A stretch of DNA of 62,272 bases, filler included, from Streblomastix strix (taxonomy: Eukaryota), in assembly GCA_008636045.1 (NCBI GenBank). It is 4 parts of 4 records of this genome, joined end to end, with 100 filler letters (N's around TTAATTAATTAA, not from the genome) between each part and the next. Parts side by side here need not be neighbours in the genome. Positions count along the whole stretch, not along the records: positions 31,207 to 46,695 come from SNRW01000975.1; positions 46,796 to 62,272 come from SNRW01000976.1; 2 more parts are not named here. One strand, written 5' to 3'. The stretch's first letter is position 1; each line of letters starts with the position of its first letter. The notes under the pieces were generated by a model, which was not told where the DNA came from, made no database searches, and saw nothing but the letters and a program-made list of their open reading frames with translations. Position numbers and translations under genes: made by a program. Below are positions 39,290-51,000 of this stretch, one piece after another.

Positions 39290-40085
39290 CAATGAATTGA
39301 CGTTTTTTTAACTGTTTTTTTATTAGTTCCATTACTTCATTTAAATTACAATCATTTGGAATAGTAAATTTAAGCACTTTAATCTTGATATCTCTATCAT
39401 TTAACTTCTCTTTAACCTCATAATTAATTATTTTAGCTATTGGTAAATCATTAATGTATAGAGTTGATCTTTTAATTAAAGATGATTAACTCTTCAAACT
39501 ATTTATATGTAATCTATGTACTTTGCATTATTTTCCATCAATGTCTTCGTTAATTTGTTCAACTGAGTAGATATAATCGTATTATCTATTCTGTGGAACT
39601 AGTCTATTTTCCATATGTAATATTGTTTTACTATAATCAGTGTTTTCACGTTAAAGTTGTTCGATAATTCTATTAGTGTTATCTTCGAACGTTAGATGTG
39701 TTAGGTAACTATTTTCGTTAATTGAGTCCATTATCTTTCTAACTGTTACATCATATTTAGGTGAAATCCAGATAGCTATATAATTAATTAAATATGGATG
39801 AATATAATAACCTTTATATCTATTATCATATCCTTTGTTAATTAAATACATAACCGGTATGTTCCTTTTCGAGGCGGATTAAAATTCACTGATTTTTTCT
39901 TTTATATAATCTTTCCAGTGTTCAGTTATTAGTAATCTTCGAAAACGTCTATTGAATTAATCACAGAATTAAGTTGCATTGATATAATTATCAGATTTGC
40001 GTATTAAGATAGTCATTCCATTAAAAGAAGCATTAACGAATTGTTCATTGTTTTTAATTTCAGTATTAGTTTCAAATTGAGTCAT
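39290..40085 (-). CDS. KilA-N domain protein
   Basis: FNGMTILIRKSDNYINATQFC...KGYYIHPYLINYIAIWISPKY. ATG at 40085; 3' end approximate. Confidence 0.88.
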
Positions 40086-40129
40086 TTATGAAATTAATAA
40101 ATAAGGAAAAATAAAATGATAATTTTCAG

Positions 40130-41089
40130 ATTATTGATTTCAAATCATTCATTATAGTATCAATCTAAATATTATAGTACTTTTCATTAATTTATATATG
40201 TTATTCATCTTTTAATACCTTTAGCATATATAATTTTAATTTATTATTTATATTAAAATTTCATTATTTTACTTTGCTATTTATCTTAATTAATCTTGTT
40301 AATCCATTAATGGTTTTATCATTTATAATTGTCAATAATGAGTATTAATTAATTAATGATCTCCTTCCGTTAACTCCTGTGTAATTTAAGTCATTTTTAC
40401 TTTAAGATAAAATAATAAGATATCATTGAAGTGAAATGTCTATTATCTTTTACTTATATTCAGCGTTCCTGTTATTTTATCGTTCCATTTCAGATTTTGC
40501 CAATATATCTATAGGTATATTTTCTATATTAGAATTAATACATTATTAATTAAGTTTATCCATCTATTCTTTATATTATTGATCTATTTGATGTTGAATA
40601 TTAACTTCATCATTATTTTCACCTTCAAAGTTAATAATATCATTTTATAATTCTTATATTAATTTGAATATATCTGATATTTTAAGCAATTATTTCCTTT
40701 CCATTTTAATGTAAAAATAAACTGATCAATTTAGCAACTATTCGAAATATAATTAGTCTTCTTTCTATTGTTATGCAATCTATTATTTTTCTTCCTGCGT
40801 TAGTTTCTTCAATTATATCTTCTATGTTTTATTGTTCTCATCAACTGGATATATATATTGATATTAAACGTATTACTTAAGCTATTTATAATACTTTGAT
40901 TTTCCATTTTTAGACTCGGTTAACTAATAGAATTGTTTATTGTATAATCTTAAATCATTAAATTTATATCCATTAATGGAATTGATAATTTTACCATTAG
41001 TCTTAATTTTATCCTACTAATTAGTGGAATATTGATCTATCTTGATCTGAGTATACCCCTTGGTTTTAGAATCTTTGATTTTACTACAT
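40130..41089 (-). CDS. Two or more short hypothetical Gln-rich viral ORFs (starts near 41089 and 40704)
   Basis: Open frames with TAR=Gln. No recognised motif. Confidence 0.3.
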
Positions 41090-41174
41090 TTAAACAAACA
41101 ATAAAAATAAAAATAATTGCATTAGCAGAGCTCAAAAACTAAGTTTTTCATTAGCATTTATGCCAGTGACTATG

Positions 41175-41387
41175 TCACTATCTGGGCCCATTAACATATC
41201 GATCTAGTCCACCAGCTAATTTAGCCCCTACTCCCATAGCTGATCCAATCGCTGGATGTATCATACTAACAGGTGCAGCTAATGTACCTAGAACTTTATT
41301 CGAAATTGGAGCAACCCAACCTGCAGCTTTCTTTATACATCCTAATATTTTACTACCGAAATTCTTAAGACCTGACCGGAAACCCAT
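41175..41387 (-). CDS. 70-aa basic, Gly/Ala-rich amphipathic protein; candidate virion membrane-penetration protein
   Basis: MGFRSGLKNFGSKILGCIKKAAGWVAP...GLDRYVNGPRQ*. Intact, GC-richer than its flanks, TAAATG start, divergent from the MCP-like gene. Confidence 0.75.
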
Positions 41388-41470
41388 TTATTAGATTAAA
41401 AATTAGTTTATTTGAGCTTAATTACATGTTAAACATTTTGAGCTAAAACAAGTTGCTTTTTATAATATAA

Positions 41471-43441
41471 ATGTCATTTGCTTTAAGCGATTATTTGAAA
41501 CGATTAGCGTCAGCGTAACATTCGAATTACATTAATTCATACTCATAATTCTAAGAAGTATTTTAAACTTAAACTATCATACCTTAATCTTTTAGTAAAT
41601 CCAAGTAATAATTCTTTGATTAACCAGTAACTTAACTTACAAATGATGGTATCCATTACACTAAAACTCCATTAGCTGCTTGTGGAACTGCAACATATTC
41701 ATGTGTTTTAACTTGTTAAATCTGTAGGTAAATATAGATCCCTAAAAATACATTAGCTATATAGATTAATTAGGTATAAAATATTGTTGCTGCAGGTTTA
41801 GTGTAAAATAGATAAATATCTAATTATAACGGTATTAATACTGGAGTATGGACTGCTAATTATTTGAAAACAATGGAATCAGGTGCAACAACTTCAAATA
41901 TGTAACAATATAATACATCTGATTACACTAAATTTTGGTTAGGTTTCTCAACAGCTTGTGGACCTTTTAATTAGATAGCTATATGTAAATATTTATAGAA
42001 ATTATGGGATACTTCAATATACGCTAGAAAATAAGCTATAATTGCATCAAACTCATTGACTGATTAATGTACCTCTAATTCTGTAACAGTTTCTCCACTT
42101 GAAAATATAGTATAAGGTATACGTCATTGTGGGATATTTATTTATATTCGTGTATCAGCTATTAGTGTTGCAACTTCTTTTAATTATCTAATTGCTTATG
42201 ATATAGTATTTAGTGGAGTAATGAATTTAAACTAATTGAATCTTATATTTAATAGTTTTCCAGTATTAACTAGAAATTATGATTCATTGTATATATAGTT
42301 ATGGATGTAAGATTTTCTGTAAGATTTGAATGTTGTTTGGTTAAATAAGTATTATCCAATAAATAATATATATCTAGCGTATTCAATGATTCCTCCAGAG
42401 AAATCTGATATAATTTTCTTGAGAAATAGAGATGCAGCTGTTATACCATATGATAAATATACTATTCGATTAGTTAATATGGAAGATAAACCTATTACAA
42501 CTAAAATACCAACAGCTACTATAAGTTAAATTAAAGATGCTAAATTCACTGAATTGTATATAAATAACCTAAGTTTTAATATGGAGAATAAAGGGGGAAT
42601 AATTGATATGATTCGAAATCAAAGGATTATTAACTTTCCAACATAAGTTTTACATACTAAATCATTTAACTATCCTGTTAGTAATATTAGTGATGGGGGT
42701 GGATTTATTTAAACAATAATGTCATTTGCTAATATCAAGTCTATGTTTATTACTTTCGCTATGCCTTAATATCCAACATGATTCTTTCCTGTTCTATTCA
42801 AAAATATTGATTTGATTATAGATTATTGTCACGATATTTCTAGTGCTTATCCAGCATTAACTTAAGATATCTGTGGATAAATGTTTGATTGTTTCGTTGA
42901 TTAAGATGTCGTTAGTGCTTCATCTGATTTATATCATTCATTGGTGTTTGAAAATTAATATATAGATGATAAGAATTATCCTTATGGAATTGAAGTAGAT
43001 GAAACAACAGGATAAAATAGAACTGAATCAAACGTATTTTATAATACTACATTGTATACTGGTTCTAAAGCAGTTAAAGTATTTTATCCTAATAAATTTA
43101 TGTTAGCATGAAAATTAGCTACTGATGATTCGTTCATGAGAGGATATAATTCTTCAAAAATAGGAGCAAGAACTAATATATAAGTTTAAATAGGTGATAC
43201 ACCTGTAGATGATATTTGTAATGATGAAGATGTAAAATCTGATCTTATTGATTAAAACGATTTCAAATATTTTATCTCAATTAGATGTTATTCCAATATT
43301 AAGAATGTAAAATTAACACCATTGACTCATTATCTATGTGATGGAATTGTTAGAATAATGTTTGATGATAATCCTGATCCATAAGTGCTATCGTTAGAGG
43401 TTATCGGTAAAGTAGGAGGTAGTGCAATTAGAAGTGATTGA
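41471..43441 (+). pseudogene. Putative major capsid protein (~650 aa, double jelly-roll expected)
   Basis: Beta-strand-rich ORF (KFWLGFSTACGPFNQIAI, NIKSMFITFAMPQYP, PLTHYLCDGIVRIMFD). Size and context fit a Polinton-type MCP. One early frameshift and two TGA (about 42779, 43109). Confidence 0.7.
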
Positions 43442-43466
43442 AACTATTTATTTTTACTTAATTTAA

Positions 43467-44020
43467 ATGGATCCAATATAAAAAGAGAAATTTTTTCAAA
43501 GAATTAACGTCAAAAATAATCAAGGATAAATTTCAAGATAAAATGCTTCTGGAATAGCTTGAAGCCATGATGAGAAGACTATTATACAATAAAGATACAT
43601 GTCATCCATTATACTATGAATTAGTTTAACTCAGATACAATTTTGATTATAATACTGAAAAGATATAAACATTTAAACGATTAAACGATAATGAAAAATA
43701 TATGAATAAACTATATAATAATAATTAACATGAGTATGAGAGAATATATCATAAAAGAAAGGAAGAATTAAACAATCTAAATACAAAAATAATGAAGATA
43801 AAGTAATTTTTATTAAATGAATCCATTAACGAAGATAAATAGATATATAATTAGTTTGTATCAGAATTGAATCATAAGTTATTTTGCGAATACTATCAAT
43901 TAAATCCAATTATTTAGGATGAATTAGTTTAACAATCAAATCAATTTTGAAAGAATAATTAGATAGTTAATGTAGTTGATCAATTCATTACATTTATCTG
44001 AGAGTATTAATACGGTGTTA
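43467..44020 (+). pseudogene. Hypothetical viral ORF
   Basis: TAAATG start, MDPI..., helical K/E/Q-rich sequence, disrupted. Confidence 0.4.
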
Positions 44021-44222
44021 TCAAATAGGCCATCTTTAATCTGTTAGAATTATTTTTAATCTAAATCTTTCATTCCACTCAACCCTTCAGTTATAATTGG
44101 TTTGATTAATGCTTCAAAGATATAAAATATTTCATTATCCGATGCGTTAATCTTTCTACCTAATTACTAAGCTATTGTTAATAGTTAATCTATTTTAATA
44201 TATAAAAATAGATAAAAATAAA

Positions 44223-45975
44223 TCATGGTGGAAATAATCCCATTGTTAATGGATGGGCTCGCAAATATACTTTAGCTCCATCATTATTGAACCCACTTAT
44301 TGGATCTGTACTATTTTAAACCCATAATATCAGATTTCCTGCTGAATAATTAACTGACCCATTAGCAACTTCGTTGCCGCTAACAGAGTTGGTAGTTGCT
44401 CCGTTTGTTGTTCCAGTTTCAGCGATAACTGAACCGTTAAATGTTAATGTATATCCATCAGCGGATATCATTAGTCTTTAATTGTAATTAAGAAGTTAAT
44501 CACCAACTCTTATCCCTAATTCACCAGTAGGCGTATTTATTATACTCCATTAATCTGTTAATGCTCCATAAGTTAAATTTGGATTGCAACCCAAATAAAT
44601 TCCACTATAATTTCCATTTGTAGAACGTGATATTCTTAATCCCTCATTATAATTATTACTATTTGGTTAAATTTATGCAACTTCCGCAAATGTTTTTTAC
44701 CAGTAATAGTTTAATCTGTTCCAACATTCACTAATTCATTACCATTAAACGTTATTTTTGAATTATCACTGTTAACCGATAGCCCCACGCTATGGTCAAC
44801 TTATCGTAAAGACGATGGATTTATTGTCAATGCCCTATCACTTGTTTTACTTATTTCCTATGGACCAGATTGAGTTATATTTATCGCCGTATTTAAACAA
44901 CCTAGATATAATGATGATGATTCAGTGTTGAAATTTCCGATTCTATTATAATTATTATATGTATCATAATTTCGACCAGTTAGATTAACTTAAAGCATAT
45001 TATTTATTATATCACCATCAGCTAAATTATAAGTAATTGGTATTTATGTTCGACTTGCTACCGCAGAAACTACGTCCTATGTTAATATCTCGGTAATTCT
45101 TTTAGTATAATAAGTGCTTTTATCAGATACTACTATCGTAATGCTACCAACCAATTCTAATCTTACAAATACTTAATATACAGCTGACGTTCCAGAGCCA
45201 GTATGATTATTAAAAAGTTAATTTACCCCATTATCAATCTCATAATATGAACTAACTTTAGTTGGAGCTGTAAATATTCCATACACAGTAGTGATTCCTT
45301 TAACAGAATAATTAGGTTATAATCTAATAGTTTGAACAGCAATATACGCAATATATACTTTAAATTAAGTGAATGGATTACTAACACTAGATCCAGCAGG
45401 ATACATAATCTAATCAATCTACAACCTGAATATGTACGTGAAAGCCTGTCATCTATTGTTGTTGTATCACCATTCGCTAGCAATATATCGTTATTTGTTC
45501 TACCTGTTTTAATAAATTTAGTTGCAGTTACATTTCCGTCATATGTTAATTATTAAGGATGAACGTGATCTTGTCTGGCGTAAAAAGCTGATGTTCCATT
45601 AGCACCAACACCATTAACGATTGGAATATTTGAAGCATTAGTTTCTACGTTAATTGGATGTGAATTATCGTTTCTAGCATAACAGTTAGAAGTACCAACT
45701 GTTCCACTAGCGTTATCTTGTGGAGATATTGAAGTTGTTATATTGAGAGGATGAGAATGATCGTTTCTTGCATAATAATTTGTTGTACCAACTGATCCAC
45801 TAGCAGAATCGACAGGTGGAATGGTTGTTGTTATATATTTAATGGATGAACATGATCACTACGTGAATATTCAGTACTAATTCCTGCAGTTACTGTATCA
45901 TCAGATAATGGAGTTGCATCATTTGCTGGTGTAACTAAATCCGGTACTATCTAATTAGTTTCATACCAACTTCCT
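44223..45975 (-). pseudogene. Fibre-like structural protein with RxDHxHP repeats (5' part missing)
   Basis: YSRSDHVHP, YARNDHSHP, YARNDNSHP, YARQDHVHP; ILLANGD; C-terminus ...YLRAHPLTMGLFPP*. Frameshifts present. Confidence 0.65.
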
Positions 45976-45999
45976 TCAGAAAGCTCACCTTGTGGACTA

Positions 46000-46695
46000 C
46001 AGGGGACTCAAAAAGTTTTTTCCGCATATTTTATTTTTTAAGCACTATGTATTTATAAATACAATAATAATCAAAATATGTAACTTCCGTCGCCGCATGC
46101 AACTGCATAACAGCGATCTCTCCACTCATCGAATACGGATTTCAGTTTCGCTTCTGATTGTCCTGCGAGCCAGCCTTTGACGAAATTTTCCAACTGCTCT
46201 TGCTCCTAGAATCGCTATCCCTTCATTGACCTCTTCAGATCTCCGAATAACCAGAAATCTGAAGGTGCCAAATCAGGACTATACGCAGGATGATCCACAC
46301 GGTGTAGAATCGTGTCTTTTACGTAATTCTTGGATATTTTGCTATTGTGTACTGGACTATTGTCAATATGTAATATTACTTCTGTATCTATGTCTGGATA
46401 TTCATCATCAATTGCGTCCATCGTTGGTCCAAGTATTCTATCGATAAAAACGTGCGAATTCATCGTAATTCCATGAGGAAGGAAATCTACCAGCCAAAAC
46501 CTCTTGCCAGAAAACATCACCGTCAGCATCGTCTTTGGCGTTGCAACAGTTGTTTTTTCGTGCTCGTCTCGAAGCGTTCCTTTAGGTGCCCATTTGCCAG
46601 CATTCGGATATGAATATAGAATCCACGACTCATCCCCAGTGATTATGAATTCGTAGTTATTTCTTTTCGCAAAAGTTAACCATTCATGAAGTTGT
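46000..46695 (-). mobile_element. Mariner (D,D34D) transposon, 3' half; transposase frame 46071 to beyond 46695
   Basis: IITGDESW, LHIDNSPVH, HPAYSPDLAPSDFWLF, with 34 residues between the second and third Asp. Terminus TA|CAGGGGACTCAAAAAGTTTTTTCCG at 45998-46024. Confidence 0.93.
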
Positions 46696-46795
46696 NNNNN
46701 NNNNNNNNNNNNNNNNNNNNNNNNNNNNNNNNNNNNNNNTTAATTAATTAANNNNNNNNNNNNNNNNNNNNNNNNNNNNNNNNNNNNNNNNNNNN
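46696..46795. other. Artificial contig linker
   Basis: N-run, TTAATTAATTAA, N-run. Confidence 0.97.
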
Positions 46796-48014
46796 TTCTA
46801 ATACTTCTCGTTTTGCAAATTCATTCGAGTTCGCATAACATATATACATATGATTGTATTTATACAACATATATATTCCTCCTAACAAGCAACATTTTCT
46901 ACTAATAGATAAGAACTCGAATTACATAATTATACATACATTTATATAACGGACTTATAATAACTCCTTATATCTCACTTTCCTTTCAATACCTCACTTT
47001 AAATGTCACTTCGCATAATCTCTGTTCGTTTAGTATCATTTTCATATGTAGTACATTAACATTAATCATTTTTAGTTCTGTAGCGAATTTGCAAATGTTT
47101 CTAATCTTAGCAATTTCCCATTTATTTTTTCTTTTGTTTACTCTTTACCCGGTGCGTAATACTAATAAATATAAATCATTAATATAGATATTAGAATTGG
47201 ATTTTAATTTTAATTATAGGTTATTTTAAAAAAGTCATCCGAAATTAATAATCAAAAAGTGCAATCATATGGTAAACATTCTAATGTTAAAATTTACAAA
47301 TCATATAAGAAATGATTTTTATTTCTCATTACAAAGTTAAGCATATATACTTTTAATCATATTTATTGGAACAAATGTATTAATAGAAGGAAATGAATAT
47401 AGAAAATGAAGATGAAAAATTAATTAAGTATATCAATTAATAACAGTTAACCGAAAATATGCTGATCAATGAAAAGAATTCAGCTATTAAATTGTATAAA
47501 ATTACCTTTATATTAATATTAATATAATTAATTTATATAATTAATTTATATAATTAATTAAAGTAATTAATGAAATATCTTAAATATTTTCAAAGATAGA
47601 ATTTTATAAGCAAAATATTTAAATATTAAACTAATTAAGTTATGAAATGGAATAAAAGAAGAATAAGATAATCTCCTAAATGTCATAGGATCGGAATTTT
47701 CACTTTAAGATAGCAATTAAAATGATTATAATCACTGAGTTGTTTAGAAAATATTAGATTAATAAAATAAAATAATAAAATAAAAATATAAATAAAGCAA
47801 AATATAAATAAAGCAAAATACAAAAAAAAAATAAAATAAATAAATAAAATCCCCAGATTTGATTTAAAATAATATTTCAATTAAGAATTGATTTATAAAA
47901 AATATATATATAAAGAGAAAAAATAAATAATAAAAAAATAAATTAATAAAAATTGAATATAAAACGAATAAAATTAAAATCAATTAATAGAAAACAAAAT
48001 TAATAAGATTATTT

Positions 48015-51000
48015 TCATAAATTAAATAACGCTTCCTTATTAAATTCGTAATCATTAATATTTAAATTCTAAACACTATTATTAATGATATAATTCCAAC
48101 TTTTATCATCATCAATGCAATTGATCCTTTATTTATGGGCGAGTTTAATTTGGCAATGAAGAAGTGGAAGAAGAAGTTTATAATTAAGATTATTAAAACC
48201 ATCAGTATTAAGATGTTTAATTTAGCATAATAGAAAATTGCAATTGTTTAGGATTTAAATTATAAAAGGATCATGTTTATTATTATTATTATGTTGACAT
48301 TTAAGGTTAATTTTAACTCTCTTATTAAATCTCTGGATATTATACAGATTAACGAGAAGAAACAGGTTATTTTAAAGGAAAAACTGAAGTTACATCAAAA
48401 GCATTAATAAAAGATCTTGTTTGATTATTTGGTGAAATTTGCTTTGATTTCACAACTCGAATTACTCGTTCGTTGTTTCGTGGTGTTTTAGAGTTTGACT
48501 ATATAGATGAAGAGTTTGTTTACTGGAATTATGGTACTAATATGGAATTGTCTGATTAATTATCAATTTATAACTCCAATTATTTATTATTATACGTTTC
48601 AGTATTATTATTATAGTTGTAATTAGTTTCCTATTATTTGATTGATGGTTTGTTTTCTTTTAATTTTTCATACTTTTTCATCTATTATCTTTCTTTTTCT
48701 TTTTCTTGCATCTATCGATTTGTTATTTCATTTATTTCATGGATTCTTTCACGAACTGTGTTTGATCTTTATTCACTCTATTTAGTATTGCATTCTTCAT
48801 ATAATTTATTATATCCTTAATTTTCGTTAATTCTCTCATTTAATATAATATTTACAAATTTCACTTGTTGAAATTAATTTTATCGTTATTATAATTATTA
48901 TAATTGTTATTAATTCACTATTTATTAATTCTATTAAATTGGTTATTTTGAACTATCATATTTTTGAGGAAAAATTTAAGAACGTTGATGCGGTAAATAA
49001 TTAATGATATTTTGTTATGAAATTTGATTTTAATCTTAAAATTATTACTCGTATTATTAATTACATTATTAATTTTATTAGGATTGTAATTACTATTGAT
49101 GTTATAATTCTTATGACTGCTCCTATTAATACGATAGTTGTTACAATGATTAATTATTGTCATTTTAAAGCAAATTTGGATCATTTTAATTTAAATTTGT
49201 GTCATTTTAATGCAAAGTTGAATTCATCTCATTCTAATGCAAAGTTATATTCCTATATACTTCAGGTGAGATAGAATGTTTAATTACTGAATCATATACT
49301 TTATTATTACTGAATGGACTAATATTTGAATGAAGAGTTTAATGCGATAAATGTTAGTATGGGGAGACGGAATGGGAAGTCAATGGTATAGATGATGAAA
49401 AATAAGTTTAAGTATTGAAATATGATTATTGTGAAGATGATTATTATATTGATGATGTTGTTTATTATGTTAATTACTACTATTATTATGTTGATAATGA
49501 AGATGTTCCTGTTTATTATTATTATTATAAATTTAATTAATTTTAAGATGATAATGATGATTCTTATTATTATTACAAATTTTGTTGATTTAAATTTATT
49601 TATTATTAATGATTTTAAACCTACTATAATTAATTTGATGTTTGTTATTAATGATCAACTGCCGTTTAATGTATATGAGATTGAATATTACAATCAGGCT
49701 ATGATGTATCTTATGAAGAAGTAATTAATGTCATAGATGTTGTTTGATACAGTTTTTATTACTAATTTTATAGTAATTATGGAGATTCAAATTCTTTCTT
49801 AGTTGTAACTTCTAAAGATTGAGTAGAAAATGCAGATGGAGACAATATTTATTGCGATTGCGGCGAAATTTCGCGTTTTTATTGGAAATTGGCTTCGTTT
49901 TATAGTGTTGGTTTATTTTCTTTTGTTCTGATTTCATTTGATCTTCCTCTTTAGTTAGTTTAAAAGTTGGTTAAATTTTCATTATTATTTATTTCTTATA
50001 ATATTTATTTAGTCTAATTTTAATTATTTTACTTAATTTCAATTTATTTATCATTATTATCTAGTTTATTATCATCATTATCTTTTTTATCATCCACATA
50101 TTTCAGACATTGATATTTTTCATCATTTTGAACACTTTTCACAATTTTCCTATTATTAATATCTTTATTACATTAAACACTTTTTAAATTATTCTGAGTT
50201 AATTTATTATTCGAAGGTTATATATTTATAATTGAAGGTGATGTAGAAGAAGAATCTGACGAATTCTCATCTTAATTTAAATTAGATTAATTTTTTATCT
50301 TTTTATTATCATTTCTTTTATTATAATTATAATTCTTACTTTCTTATAATTATTATTATTTAATTTCTCGGAATTTGATATTTTACGGTGATTCAATTTC
50401 TTCTTTAGTTAAGTTGCTAAATGGTTATTAAATAAGAGAATGTTCAGCAATATTTATGCTTGTATCTAGAATTAGGTTTTAATTTAGAGATTTACTTATA
50501 TCGGATGTCATTTTTGTATTCATATTCATATTAATATTTGTATCTGTTGTTGAACTTAAATCAACACTTGAGGATTATATTTTTCTCTTTTCTTTTCTTT
50601 TAGTATTACTTTATACATTTTCATTTAAATTATTTTATTATTAATTATTAGCTTATTAATTTTATAATAATAATTATTCATTTTTTATTGGTGATAAATT
50701 TGCATATTCATTCTATGGAACAGCATCGTTCAATTGATTAAATGCAAGAGGAATATTGTATTAAGGAGAAGCTTATGGTTCGTTTTATTATTATTAAGAT
50801 TATTATTATTCCTAATTCTAAACTTGTTATAATTATAACTATTACAACCTTCTGTTATATTCATCTACATAGTTCTTAAATTATTATTGAGAATAATTTT
50901 GCTGTAGATTATGTAATTGTTTTGACTGCAATACATTTTTGAGAATTTTGTTTACATTTTCATTTGAATTATCCTTAATATTTTAGATATATTTGAAACT

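Larger units (their letters stand above)
31207..45975. mobile_element. Endogenous Maverick/Polinton-like virus, partial and decayed (element B)
   Basis: pPolB, rve integrase, penton-like, KilA-N, MCP-like and fibre-like genes, intronless and tightly packed. No terminal inverted repeats within the contig. Confidence 0.9.

Noticed and set aside
42770..43120. TGA=Trp recoding in the virus
   Set aside because: The same genes have frameshifts, use TGG for other Trp residues and end in TGA, so decay is the simpler explanation.
45560..45900. Regularly spaced repeats resembling a CRISPR-like array
   Set aside because: They are protein-coding repeats (RxDHxHP) with degenerate nucleotide sequence, and no cas genes are present.
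15508..46795. TTAATTAATTAA palindromes flanked by Ns (three times)
   Set aside because: Artificial all-frame-stop linkers. Adjacency across them has no biological meaning, so elements A and B are not one continuous virus.
46796..47730. Short possible exons at the start of contig 4
   Set aside because: No recognisable motif or consistent gene model.
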